Positions 46,401-60,173 are shown, counted from the first letter of the stretch. The stretch is 64,000 nt of DNA from Marsupella aquatica (GCA_973895155.1 OZ316893.1:25966798-26030797), one strand, 5' to 3'. The notes: a model not told the origin generated them from the sequence alone. Numbers and translations are program-made.

Positions 46401-49400
46401 ATCCTAGTAATCTCCTGACCTCATTCAACCGCAAATCAAGACCAAAACGCAGTGGTGCTGCGGTTGTATTCATGTGGTCCATACCATCACAGAGAGGGCC
46501 TTCCACTCCACCATTTCCTTGTCCCTCTGATTCTCCCATCTCGTGAGTATCGGTGGAAGAAGTCATGGTAATTGGTTGTAGATGCAACATGTATGGTGCG
46601 GCAATGAAAGCCTCTTTAGCATCGACAACCGGGTTCTCAAAAGCATCCACAGCTGATCCTCTCACTTCATTGCATATATCCCCTGCTTCGGTGAAACAGG
46701 CCGCACAAGTAGAGGCAAGGTCCTCACGTCCTACGAGTATATATGCCTGCGGGGGCCAATCTCCTGGAGGGGCTTCTCGACATCTGTCTAGTGCCTGCGT
46801 GGCAACAGTAATACGTTTGCCAACGACATACAATTAGTCAGAGTTAGAATACAAACTTGAAAGAATCATGCTGAGAATTTCCTTCGACTTCCAGGGTACC
46901 TCTTTACTCTTCCGACCTTCATTACCTGCTTGCCATCCATGGTCTGGTGGGTTTTCTCAAGTGGATGGCATAGCTAACTTCTACCTCAATTTATCTCAAA
47001 TTCTAATCGTTCATTTCATTGACGCCAATCCATTTTAGGCACGCCCCCTTCGGATCAGCTGACACGGGACGCATAGGAAAACAAAAATGTAAGTGAATTT
47101 AGAAAGAGGCTAGAGACCGTACGTGTCTCATTGGGAGAGATACACCACAGGGGAGTCTGTCCAAATCTGGCAAGCTGAAAGTCTCGGCAACCATTGCCAA
47201 AACCATCTTGTGTTCTGGTTGTGTTACGGTACCACGAGAAATAGTAACATGTACCCCTGTTGGAAGTGTATTGCCTGGCTCTTCGTTGCCAAGCAAGAGC
47301 TCATAGAATCCCACAACCTTCCGAGACCAATCCACACAGGTAGCATCCTTCTGTAGCAGCATAGGAGGAAGTCCTTCCCCGTCCCGTGGAGTTATCCCAG
47401 TTTTCATACTCTTGATGATCAATTCCAATAGATTGGGAGGTTTTCTGCCAACCGTATCCAACAACGTTCTAGACAGTTCAGGTAATGGGGGCACAAATGT
47501 TGGAAAATCTCGAGTGTAGTGATCCACATACTCAAGCTCCCCTGCTGCTGCTGCTAAGTGGCTCAGTAACCTGGCTAGTTGACAAGCTTGCCTGTAGAGA
47601 TCATACCACAGTCAGAGGGATAGAGCCAAGCACGTTTCTTCAACAATCTCAAACAACACAATCAAATTCGACCTCGTTTGTGTTGATGGCACAAGTAGTG
47701 CGTTCAGAGCAATCAAGTACTAATACGAGCGCAAACCAAGCGCATGAAACTAATGCCCAGGCTCGTTGGGTTCTGTTTATAACGGGGGGTGAATTTTCTC
47801 TAGAATGTTGACATAGAGGACAAGGCAATAACATTAGACAGCCTACTCGTACAGAAGCGCTTCCGAAGCAGCAGCTTCTTTACATTCAGCGGACAACGCA
47901 TGGAAACAGTCTTTTAACATAAACAATAACCTCTTCTGTTCTGCTGCTCAAAAACCATCCGACCAAGTAGAATCATGTTCCAGCTAAGGAATTTTCAAAA
48001 AATAATTGTGACCAGTATGGTTGAGGAGTATAATTAGGACTTGCCTGCTTACAATATGGTGAGCAAACCAACTGCACACAGAGATCTTCAAAAATAGCAC
48101 TCACAGTAAATGCTGATAACTGTAAAAAGAAGGCAGTTAGGTCTCACCGCCACCGCAGAGTGTCAAGTTTGCAATCTTCGTACACAGCATGGAGTACCTC
48201 CAAAATCTCTATCATAACTGATATATAGGCCGGCATTTCATCAGACTCGTTCCCAGCACTGATATTGAGCCCGGGCTGAGGTAGACGGTCCAACGGAAGT
48301 GGCTTGTGGAACACAGGAAGGGCCAAAAATCTGCGGCTCAACAAATTGTTCTTGTGCATGCTACTTTGCAGTAGAAAATCCCACGGAGTCATCGATTCAT
48401 TCGCCCGAGTTGGTGGCGGAGGGCGTCTAAAAGATGGCATATCTCGAATTATTTCCAAGATAAGATCAGAGAATCCTGCCCAATCTACATCTGGTTTACC
48501 ATCAGGCGTTGGCAAGAAAAGAGCCTCTGAGGCAGGAAAATCACGCTCCAGAAAGTGTTTCAGCAGGTAGCGATAAAGTGAAGGACGAAGACCTTCAGCA
48601 AACGCAGCTATGCATAAGGCAGTGACCCCAGACGAGAATGGCAGATTTAGCCCGCATCGATAGACCTGAATGTAGAGGCCGAGCCAAGGGCTAGTCAGAA
48701 TTGTTGGAAGGACTGCTAGAAGCACTAAAGACTGGGTAGAGAACCTGAAAAGTCAAGCAATTACATGTTTGATTTATCATGTCCAAGCATCTCAGGTAAG
48801 GACGGACTTTCCCACACACAACAAAGGAAGAAAAAAAATCCAAGTTCGCACAAAAAGTTGCACTTTAAAACAGTTAAATATTTTCGTTGCCTTCTGTGAC
48901 ACCAATTAAGTCTTATTGGTAGATGAAAGCAATTTGCATTACGACATTATAGAGTTTGAATGAGCACTATGATAAAATAGTAGAAGGTTCATATTCAAGT
49001 CGACTAAATCATCACCGAAATATAATATCAAGGATGTACAACCTGGCCTGAAGACGTGAGTACATTGACTCGGTCTGCAACGAAATCTTGAATGCTCAAC
49101 AGCTTCAAGGCCTCATCATCATGATCACTAGAGCCGCCCCGAAGATCTGAGGTTCTCTCTTGCTCAGAAGCAAAGCAGCGCTGAGAAGCTAGCTCTGCTG
49201 CTCTCAGAGGCAGGAAGAAGCTGCACATTTGATGTGATCCTGTCTGTCATTGAGAAGACTAAGTTACATTTCTCTCAGACGACAATGCCGGTTTGCACAC
49301 GCATGACCTCAACCTAAATCTCGTGCATGCTTATCTGGCCAAAGTAAAACAAGATCCTGCGGGAGGATTGCCTGAAGAGGAAAGGCACCAGATGCAACTA

Positions 49401-52400
49401 ATCCAAGTCCGTACGCAAAGCATTAAATACTGCCTGACGTGAGAGCCCGCAAGTAGATCCAAGCCTTACATGCAGCGAGAGATTTCCATCAGGGGAGAGG
49501 AGAAGTAGATCGAAGTGCTGCTTGTCTTTTTTCCTGCAATGTATCAAGATCCAGCGAAAGAAACTGTGAAAAACAATTTGAATCATGCTCTTTGCTATAT
49601 GGCAACACCGCCAAGATTCAGCCAAGGCCTAAGCTACTAAAAACAGGCCCTTGTTTCGATACAACTTGGCTGCATGCAAGCCGATTTACCATGGCAAAGT
49701 TTAAACCAATGCAGCGGTACACCTCGCAAGGGACTCCTAGTCATCTTTTCAGAATCCCAGGACTATTCAATTATGAATTTTTGTCTAACCACCAACTTAA
49801 AGCAACTCTCTACTACAATAAAGTCATAATGCTGAAGGTATGATCCCTTCCACCTTAAGACAGCCTGGGCACCCGTTTCTGTGAGGTTTCGAGAAGTTCT
49901 TGCCCATCCCATTCCATGCTCATTTCATTTCTTAGGTCAGCTCGGCATCATGCAAACTGAGAAATTTTTCATCCAAAAACATTCTTGCAAGCCCGAAGAG
50001 GGCAGATTATTTCAAGGTTTGGAGACCTTGGGTGAAGAGCGATAATTGGTGCAGCTGATATGGCTTCGAGTGACCATGCAACCTCCAGGCTAGCCTGTGA
50101 GCTGAGCTCCTCTGAAACTTTCCTTTGAGACAGCCTGAATGCAGAGAGTCTTTGATACTCCTTGACCACCAGACACAAAATTGGGATTCCATCTTCATCT
50201 GTGGCCAAAAATACCTGCAACCATTTGCCCTTAGTCGGTAAGCCATGAGAGTGGAGCAGAATCTGAGATAATGTTACTGATTCCGTTGAAAAATACATTG
50301 CAATAGATGTATAAGTTAAGACTTGAAGTCCAGAAACACTCCCAGGAGTAACGTCCTCATACTACCGATCCAGGTGTTATCAATTGCACAATAACTTCGG
50401 ATACTGAGACCAAATACAACTGAAATATACAGCTCGCATGAACTTGGTATAAATTAAGATGTTCTAACGTAAACAGAAAACTTGAGAATCTGTGGCTGTC
50501 GGACATTTCATAGAGAAAAGGAAGATACTGCAGCGGAGGGAAGTACGAGGACTGTCCACTTCCGTGCCTACGAATCGATGAACATTTCAAAACGAGATGA
50601 TATCGTACGGTACTTCGCTATACTTCACGACAGCTTATATACCCAATGACATCCACTCTTTTCATCACAAAAAACATTTAGCCGCTATACGTTGAGATTA
50701 TGAAGATAACAACCTTGTCCTTAATTGAATGTTGTTTCAACATTATACTTTCCAGTCACTTTCTATAGCCTGAGAAGAGAGGTCAAGAAATGCCATACCT
50801 GACTGGCATGTGGCGGCCCAGGTTTCTCCTGCCACACTCGCCTAAGGCAAAAGGTTCCATACTCCTCCCATGCATGTGGCGAAGTTGTAGGCTGAGTCTT
50901 AGATAAAGAAAACGATTCTACCTTGGGAGGGACAGACTTAATTTCCCATATAGAATGATATTTCCTTCCTGCATTGATAAGAATAGGCACATCATGTAAA
51001 CCGACATCAACAACTTGCAGGTGTCCAACAAAAAGCAAGAAATTCTCACGCAAAAGAACAAAACACTCTAAGACCCTGGCAAAGTTCACAGGAACAGACA
51101 CTAATAGTTGACAGTCACGGTTGAAGAGCTGCCACTGAGAGCCAAATCTTATCCTCCAACATGGCAATGAAATTCATTTGCATTAACACTTACGGTTGAG
51201 TGCCTGATATTTGCAAAGTTTCGAAAGCAACAAAACGCACCGAGCCCCTCACAGTTACCGCAGTCTGTGAAGGTGGAATTATTGAACCGATGACTTTTTT
51301 CGATTACTAAATGTTTAGGAACCTCTGAAGAAACGCCTCGTGCTCTATTACAAGTTCCGACATTCGGCACACATGCTCGGGAGTTACACCTGACATACCT
51401 TTGTGATATGACACCAGATATGGAATCTCACTGCTCGACCATATAATTGTTTCTTCCATATCCGCCATCAGCATGAGCCTTGGCCCATCTGTAACGAGAA
51501 CAGCCTGCAAATTCATATCATTGAAGCTAATTCCAAATGAAAAAGTGCACACTTTTGAGCTAATAGACGCATGCCTTCCGAATACAGGCCTGTGATAATA
51601 ATACTTTAGATTCTTAACATTTGCAGTGCCAGTTGACGCAAACAGCATGAATCCCCATTTATAGCTCATAATTCCAATTGTGACAGCCCTCTTCAAGTCC
51701 ATGTACTGCTTGCTTCCACCTGACCGGCCACTTGTAACCATCACTTGAGTCGAACAGTGGCAGAGACTTAATCAGGCACTTACCTGGGGCTCTTCGAGGG
51801 GATGCAATAGAGCCAAAATGGAGGCCATCGAACTGGGAGGCGCTGTTGATGAGAGACTTGCTCTTCTGCCGAGCGAACTATGGGAGAAAGGCGAACTTCT
51901 GCTTCCCGTACCAAAGAAAGGTCCATCTCTCGAACCTTCTCGTATGGTTGACAGTGGTGAACCCTTAACAGGGGTAGTACAAGGCCCAGTGCTGACGAGT
52001 GGAATTTCTGCAGTTCGCTGCAGCAATAACCCATTAGGGATGGGCCATATTGAACCAACTGAAAACTGCAAGGGTACCGAATGCATCTCACCTGCAAAAT
52101 AGGCCCACTAAATGTTTTCGTGACTCCCAACTTGGATTCCATTGCCACAATCAAGAATCACATCTTCACAGAACGTAAGTACCGGCCCTGCTTGACAACT
52201 ATTCTGATATGCGAAAAAGAAGAGCAACTTAGAGAGGGAGAGACAAGAACTGTGCTTCCAACAAATTGATTTGAATGCGATTCGAGTGACTTATAGTTCA
52301 GTACAATATCAGTGGACAAAAAGGTCAAAGGTTGGGAAGTTAACATATATGTATCTCCCGAGTCTGCTTACCAGCAGGACTGTACGTCATGAGGCAATCA

Positions 52401-53524
52401 GAATGTAGTATACACAGAAGGGGCTCGCTCATTCGTTCCACTCGACACCATTTAGCCTGTACTTTCCGCCACATATTAAATTAACGAGTCAGCAATCGGA
52501 GCACTAAGAAGATGTATTTCTAGATATTGGAACGTTAAGTATCTCCAACTTGTTCTTTCTTCATCCACTCACCAAACACGAAGTGCGAACAGGGAGATGC
52601 AGATTTTTGCTTTCCAGACAGCATGCTTCATTCCATAAACGGGTCAATCAATCCTCTCGGTGGACTCCGCAGAGGCTCTGGACTTTAACTCAATCCGTCC
52701 ATTCACACCAATCAATGATCAAAAGTTGCTGACAACAAAACGAGTTCGACCTACTGTACACATTAATCACATGCTATCTATCATAGGCTCCAACAGCATT
52801 ACTACCGCTAGAGATGACCAATAAAAAATGCCCCAAACCTGAAGGACTGCTGTCGGTGCGCTAAATTGCTTATGGACTTCCTGGCCACCACTCCAGATAA
52901 CTCTGACGAAAAATGATGACAAATTCGGGTCAGTAAAGTTCACGAAAAGTAGCACAAATAACATCTCCATAAGATGAGAGGAGAAAGAACAAGCTATTAC
53001 TGTTAGCTGATCCCAGTCATTTTATCATAAAGACTTGCATGGTCGTCCAGTTAAATCTAGAGCAATTGCCTTCTTGAGATTTGTCATGATAAAGAATTTG
53101 ATCTGCAAAAAGGACTTGGAAGCGTCCAAGCTTCTGCGTGCTTGAAAAGGGAGAAAGTATCCAAGTCAAGGCAGGCATAGAAGCAAATTCAAATCCATGT
53201 CCATGGCATTGTTCTGAGGTACAGAACAGTGTCTACTAAGGGACTTCAGAATTGTGCTTACTTGTTTTGGAAAATGTAGAGCTCTTGATCATGGTCCCAG
53301 CAGCCAGACATGACGGAATTGTACTCGTATCCTCCTCTGACCTTGGCAGTGCCCGCCGCAAATAAGGAGTAGCGTCCTGATCCACTGGCATTTTGCTCCA
53401 TCTCCTCTCTCCCAGTGCCCTTCTCGTGGCGGTCTCCATTTGCATCTCTGAGCGGTCCAACCACTTGCAGACCAAACGGCTGGAACTCGTTGATGACAAC
53501 CAGAGGCCGCTTTATTTTCCTCAT
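43423..53524 (-). CDS. APC1: anaphase-promoting complex subunit 1, about 12 exons, terminal exon approx. 43423-46794
   Basis: DLRLNEVRRLL, WPEFHNGVAAGL, ITRTWIVYNKP, GTMD..SK.LYLHIPA, NLDVTAPGATLALALMFLKT, YGNHMAVSMSIGFLFLGGG, HLQAFRHLYVLA; 5' exons ELYIF..RVIWS.G, LLHPLEEP. Confidence 0.95.
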
Positions 53525-53914
53525 TGCTCGTCCTCCTCCGGAATTGATTAGCTCCTTTGCGCTTTCCTCTCTACCATCGCTCGTAGAAGAGGATCGAGAC
53601 CTGTAGACCTAGAGCTGAACAACAGCAGACTTCTGCTGGTCGCCTCCGTCATGAAAAACATCTCTTCTTCACTACGCCAAACCCACAAAACCCACAAAAC
53701 CCCCTTAAACCCTGAACTCTTTCTCTCATTCTCGCTCCCGCTCTCGTCCTGAACTTTCAACACTACGCTAGTCAGTCAATCAATCTCAATTGCCGATGAA
53801 ATTGCCGTTTCTTTCTCGATGGCGTTGTGCAATCTCGACGTTTTCTCTTGTGACATTTATTATGACATTTATTTTTGTTATTACATTGACACTATTTAAT
53901 TGAAACAAAAGCCG

Positions 53915-54377
53915 TGATGGACCCAGACATTGTCCCTGCACATCCCCATCCCACACCAAGAGTCCCTTTACATTAAAAAGAAAAAGAAAAAAGTAACCAG
54001 TAGTGGAAGGGAGTTGACTACTTTAATTACCTTAGGGAGAAAATAATCAAGACATCATCTCACCATGAGTAGTTAAAAAAGATTAACTAGTCTTGGATTG
54101 CAATTGACTACTTTAATTACCTTAGGGAGAAAATAATCAAGACATCGTGGTGATGCTGAGTAATGGCATGATGTCTTTCAAGTTCAAGGTCAAGTTACTG
54201 ACAATTTGATAATGTAATTGAAACCGGTTGCAAATAATAAAGATATAGTTTACAGGTCAAAAGTGTAAACAATGTTACCTGAGTTAGTTTAAATCTTCTG
54301 AGCAAATCTATTCAAACTTAGCAAGTAGATCAGCACTTCATAGACAAAGTGGAGGTCCATCCAGACTTTAGTTTCCT
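53915..54377. repeat. second copy of the 15.0-15.7 kb dispersed repeat, with an internal 43-bp duplication
   Basis: gacattgtccctgcacatccccatccca, tgatgtctttcaagttcaaggtc, gtcaaaagtgtaaacaatgtta, gacaaagtggaggtccatc. Confidence 0.8.
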
Positions 54378-55520
54378 CTATAATTAGTACCCTCTTTTCA
54401 AAGTGAACATTAAAGTTCTACTAACTAACACAATTATGGTGAACACGAAAGAATCTGAACTCTCCAAATTCTGTTAGGCACAATTGTAATTAGTGTTACA
54501 GTAATGTTAGTTAATGTCTAAATTATTACAATTAGTCCATAATTGACATTGGTAATATTACTTGAAGAGTAAACCAAAAATAATTAGGCTACACAAATAT
54601 TGTCACGAAACCAGTTAGAGTGAACAGTGTAGTTAGTTTGGAATGACCCAACACTCTAAATCCTACCAGATTGGATGGGTGTCATCAACCTCAACACCCT
54701 TGGGGAGGGGGGGGGGGGGGTTAGGGTTTAGGGCTTGGAGCACCCAAGCAGGAGTAGTGGGGAGAGTTGGAGTGGGAGAAAAATATGAGGCCCAATCCAA
54801 TGAGGGTTGAAAGGAAACGTGTGTTGTGTTCAGGGTAGAGGAGATGGTGAAACCTGGCCCAAAATTAACAAGTTGCAAGTTAAATATTGCAAGTTAATTA
54901 GAGTTATTTACTCGACCAACAGTGGAAAAAGAGGACAAAGTAACGATTTAGCTGAAAAGAGTGACAAAATATGTATTTCGACAAAAAATAGTGGCAATGT
55001 CTAAAATTTCAATGTTCCTAGTAACCCTAGATCAAGGTGCAATTATCTCATTAATTATCTCAGGAAACCTAATAGAGTTTCACCTGTAGTGGCGGAAGCC
55101 AGAACCCCATTTAGATTGAAATTCAGGATGAGTTACATTGACACCAACTGCCAACTACTCTGGTCACCTTAATTGGTCCTGTCTCCTGATTAGCATTTGC
55201 CCACAATTAACCTTGGTAGCCCTAATCTGAGACTGGGGCAAGCTTCAACAAAAAAATCTTACTATAAAAGCGCAAACAAAGTCTACTCTTAAGGGCCTAG
55301 GTGAAACCTCTAGACCATAACACCAGTAGAGACAAAAATGATCATGAATCTCAATTAAAAAACACTTAAAATGAGGATTAACAAAATAGCATGAAAATAT
55401 TATTGTGCAAAATTTATTTTCTTCATATCTTTATTTTCTTCATATCTGTTTATGTTCAAGGAACGTGGGGCTAGTACCACTAAATATGGATTTGCTTCCG
55501 TGCTCTCGGATTTCTTGTAA

Positions 55521-55733
55521 ATGTGATATATTTGGCATAGACTAGTCACGAGAGAGGATAGGTTTTCTTCGAGCCCATTAAGAACTGGGAAGATGTGATA
55601 TGTTGGCATAGACTAGTCACGAGAGAGGATAGGTTTTCTTCGAGCCCATGAAGAACTGGGAAGATGTGATATATTGGCATAGACTAGTCACGAGAGAGGA
55701 TAGGTTTTATTGGAGCCCATTAGGAACTGTGAA
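55521..55733. repeat. 3 tandem copies of about 71 bp just upstream of the DHH gene
   Basis: atgtgatat(a/g)ttggcatagactagtcacgagagaggataggttttcttcgagcccat(t/g)aagaactgggaag. Confidence 0.95.
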
Positions 55734-55919
55734 GGTGTGCAGTGGTTTTTAGAGGTTCATCTCGTAATGTTGCTGCTCTCGAGATTCTGCACCTGCTCTC
55801 TCATCCCAGCTATTGGTAGGAGGAAGACCCATCTCAAAATCCAGCTCTCGAATTCGCAGGCCAGGAAAAGGAGTCGAAACAGAGCTGCTGCACTGGCGGG
55901 ACAAGGAGGAGCAGCGGCA

Positions 55920-58892
55920 ATGGCAAGCAACCCAGAAGGCGCAGCAGCAGCGAGGGCAGTAGTTCTGTATCACTATCCCTGTCCAGATGGTGTGTTTGCA
56001 GCGTTGGCTGCGCATCTGTACCATTCCGCCATCGGTTGTCGTGCTCTGTTCCTTCCCAACACTGTCTACCGGCCCTTAAGGCACGCTTTCTCTAACCCTC
56101 AGCAGTCTTTCCTTGGGGCAGTGAACTTCCTGATCTTAGAGTGAGTATAGCTTTGAAGTGGTCGGAGGAATTTCTTCTGGCCATCTAAGGGAAAACCAAA
56201 AGGCCCCAAAACTGGTTCACATTTTCGAGGCTTTTGGTCCAAAAAATTGCCTGCCTGTTTCTTTTATTATTTGGTTTCTTCTTTTGCTATTTGAATTTTT
56301 TGATTAGGGGTTTTCACCTCAGTCTGGTTGGTGTAATGGTCAGTTTCGTTAATTTTTCTTTACATGAGGACTCTTTGCGAGGACAGTGTGTTTCCTGCTG
56401 TCTATTATTGCCTTCTGTGCTAGAGGCTTCGTTGAGTTGATGTTTTGGCCTAAGGTTTTCCGCACATTCTGCTTGATAAGAAATTTCCAGGAGTCGTTAG
56501 TACAGAAAGAGTGCCCCAATGGCAATGCGCTTCTTTCGTCTGTTCAAGAAACAATTGATGAGTTTATGAGTCAATTCTGGTTGAACTTTGCGATGGTAGA
56601 TTCCAGTTTGGGTGTTAAATTAGTTTTGTTGTTGATTTCCAACGGAAAGTGAGAGACCTTGATAAAGGACCGTAGTCCGCCTATAACTGGGTATCAAGGT
56701 TATCCTGCTTGTCATCGAGAGAAACTAGCGGATGTCGATAGTCATTGAACGGAGATCTAGTATATTCTGCAAGGAAGCAGTCCTGTATCCATATTTCGTC
56801 AAAAAACAATTATCGACAAGCAAGAGAATGCCGAGGATTAACCTTGGTAGCCCTAATTCTGTTGGAAAAGTAATCTTTTAGTGATTTAGCTTTATAAAGT
56901 ATGGAGAACCGAAAGTAGGTTGGAACCAAAGCTGGAGTCAGGGACGCGATTTTATTTAGTGCTTCTCGCAAATTTAATGCTTGAGAATGAAATTGTGCAT
57001 CACTGATTTCTGTGTCCATTTCCCTATTAGGTTGCTAATGTTTCGACTGTTTCGACTTTGTTTCAGGATACAAGACTTGAAAGTCCAGGATGTGGACGTA
57101 TTCTATCTCCTAGATTTTGCAGGGCCTGAAGGGTTTGCTTTGGAGCTGGCAAGAATTGCGAAACAGTAAGTTTGAGTCTGTCTTACCCAGCTGCTGAACT
57201 AATAATAGTCTTACCGCCCAAATTTAAGTTGTGAAAGGACGCTAATGTCAGATTGGGCAATGCGTATGTGAACCTGGTATCTTTTTAAGGCTTTCTTCTT
57301 GGATTATAATGTCGAGTCCAGACGTGAAAGATCTGAGTGATCTCCTGTGGTTTCAGTGCAGGGTGGTTATCCTCGACCATCATAAAACGGCTCTGGACAG
57401 TCTGCCACAAAATGGAGAAGGTCCTCAGAATCTACAGTGTGTCGTAGATATGAACCGGAGTGGTGCAACAATATCATATGACTACTTTGAAGAGAAGCTC
57501 CTGTCAAGCAGGACAGGCGTAAATGGTTTGCCTAGAAGTTCAGAAAGGACGAGCTTGGTTCCTGGTACCAATTCACAGCAGATCAAAACTCTCTTCAAGT
57601 ACATTGAAGATGCGGATCTCTGGAGGTGGGTTCTGACAGATAGCAAGGCATTCAGCAGCGGGCTAAATGACATGGGCATTGAGTTCAGTGCTTCAGCCAA
57701 CGGAAGGGTCTTTGACCAGGTGAGATTTCAAATTTTGTCTGGGTGAGCGTCAACTCACTTTGAGATAAATTCCTTTCTGTCCTTCTTCAGTGTATTTGTG
57801 AAAACCTTGTATAAGCCTTGAGACCACTGCTTCTTTGCTGCATAAGTTGAGGTTTCTCTAATCCCATTGTTCGGTGCACAGTTGTTAGGTTTGAATGCGC
57901 AAGAACTCATAAGCAATGGGAAGGAAAGTCTAAAGGCAAAGCAAGCAGCCATAGATGATGTGCTCAAAACATCCTTTCCTGTGGAGCTCGGTCGCGGTCG
58001 ATATGGAAAATGCCTGGTATTTATCTATCTCCAAATTCAGTGTTCTTTACTTAAAAAATGTCAGCGATGCAGCTTGGATGGTCGGAGTTACAACAGGTAG
58101 GCTTCGTTATGTTGTGTAGTGCTTAGGGTTTGTGTGAAATTAGTACTAGCTCTGAACTCAGGTCTAAGCTGAACTTTGTTTATGCTTGTTAGATTTATGA
58201 AGTGGCAAATTTCTAGGAAGGATAGGAAGTCAGAGAAAAGAGATTGAAATTCCGCAAGTGATGGCATGGATCTTCTTGCAGGCCGTGCATGGCGATAGTG
58301 TTGCCCACCTTCGAAGTGAATTGGGCAATCAACTAGCCGCAAAAAGCCTAGAAAATGGTCTTCGGTAAGTTGAAGGCATACCCAGAGTTGACTCTTGTTA
58401 AAGGATACCATCTTCTGTACTCGGGATTTCTTACCCTTTATTGATCTCCCTTGCCACTCTCGATTCTTTCATACTGCATTGATATTGTCATCTAAAAACG
58501 CGCAGGCCCATAGGAGCAGTTGTGTATGTACAACTGGGTTTTGATGGGAGTGAAACCCAGTATAAGGTTAGCCTCCGCAGCATGGGAGACAACGCTGATA
58601 CCACAGAGATTTCACAGGTATTGGACCGACCTATTAATCTCGTTTGCATGCAAAATGACTGAAGCCGTTTTCTATTGAAATGTCCATGGTGTTAGTTCAT
58701 GCTGTGCAATGCAACAAGATTACGCTCGAATTTGCAGAAATTTGTGGCAGCATGTGGTGGACATCAGAGATAGTACACTTGATGTTCAATTTTGTCTCTG
58801 ATCTGCAGGCATATGGAGGTGGAGGCCATCGGAATGCGAGTTCTTTCATGATTAGTAGAGACGAATTGGAGCTTTGGAAAGTGAAGTCATAG
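55920..58892 (+). CDS. DHH/DHHA1-family phosphoesterase-like protein, 7 exons (55920-56080, 57067-57165, 57362-57719, 57882-58016, 58282-58364, 58506-58617, 58809-58892)
   Basis: VLYHYPCPDGVFAA, YLLDFAGP, VVILDHHKTA, DMNRSGATI, KYIEDADLWRW, LRSELGNQLA, KVSLRS, YGGGGHRNASSF. Confidence 0.92.
56150..56567 (+). repeat. intronic segment homologous to about 62595-63020
   Basis: Long shared blocks, e.g. ttaggggttttcacctcagtctggttggtg, gaggactctttgcgaggaca, ggagtcgttagtacagaaagagtgc, gcaatgcgcttctttcgtctgt. Confidence 0.93.
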
Positions 58893-59880
58893 AAGATTTC
58901 AATATAGGGTGCACGAGGCCAAGTCTTTTGCCCACAGCAGTTTTGGGTTTTCAGCCCGAACCCTGTGCAACCAGTGTATTCTACAAACCCATTCTATTCT
59001 ATGTACTCTGATGCAGGGAATAACAGTGAGGACAAGGGCTCCGGAAATCATCTCATAATTGGTTTTAGATAATTCTATTTTTTTCTATTTAAATGTGTTA
59101 CGGAATGCAAGTATTCGTTCAAGTAGTGCAGTGGTACGCAGGAATTCCTAAGTCTCGTGATCCGAGTGTTGACATCTAGTCATGCCTTGATTGTCTCAGT
59201 CTAACCTGATTGAACAATTCTATCTGATGCTGCTTCAAATTAAGGAAAATACTTTTGCCACTTGATATTTATGTAGGCCAATGTCGTAACAACAGAGACA
59301 ACGTTGGAGTGCTCTTTCAGTTTCAGCATCTGGTCAGGTAGTGGTTGGATCTCGAATCTGAATGGGAAACCTGCATCTACTGCAAACTTTGATATAACAT
59401 ACTAGTTCCTGAAAGCCACTTCATGAATGAATGATCAGTAAGAGGTGGAATTGAAGGTTCTACCAGGCTATTCCTGTCCATTCACAGGTCTAGTGAAGAT
59501 GTCGAAGTAAGCTTTTTGTCATGCAGATTGTCATAGAGACAGGAGCAGACCAGCAACGGGTATTTTAACTCGACTCCCTGATATTCACGGATGTGTTTTG
59601 ACACTCTGTACCCTGGAAAGACCACCATGCCCCATGATTGTGTGGGGGCACAAATTGTCACTACCCACCCATTCCAAACTTGAGTTCCATTCCATACACT
59701 AGAGCTAAAATGCCTGAGCCAAAATGTGCCAGGTCTACAAAAATTAAAAGCAAGTCCCTTATTAGAAATGGACCGCTTGGTTCAATCCTTAGACCTTGAG
59801 GTGGTCTAAATCTTTGATAAAAAGCATGCCACATCAGAAAAAAGGGGCACACTTGCAGGTGACTAGGATTGGATATGGTT

Positions 59881-60173
59881 TTGCAACATTGTGCCTCACA
59901 AGTTCATGTAAAAGTAGTTGCAAGACTGTGCCCAAACAAGTTCATGTAAAGTAATTGCAAGATTGTGCCCTCACAAGTTCAGCTAAAACCCGGCCAGTTC
60001 CCACATTTGAATTGCTAAGATTGCATATCAGAGAAAACATCTTTTATTCACATTACCACTAAAGATGTGCTTCATTGAAATACTGCCCCGGTTTGAATTG
60101 CTAAGATTGGGTATCAGAGAAAACATTTTTTATTCACATTACCATTAAAGATGTGCTTAATTGAAGTACTGCC
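59881..60173. repeat. two adjacent tandem duplications (about 40 bp x3; 86 bp x2)
   Basis: tgtgcc..acaagttcatgtaaa.gta.ttgcaaga three times; tttgaattgctaagattg..tatcagagaaaacat...tactgcc twice. Confidence 0.88.

Noticed and set aside
43652-46837. Several + strand ORFs opposite APC1
   Set aside because: Shadow ORFs of a long coding exon
59122-59190. Possible tRNA or SINE (GTAGTGCAGTGGTA A-box-like)
   Set aside because: No convincing B-box or cloverleaf
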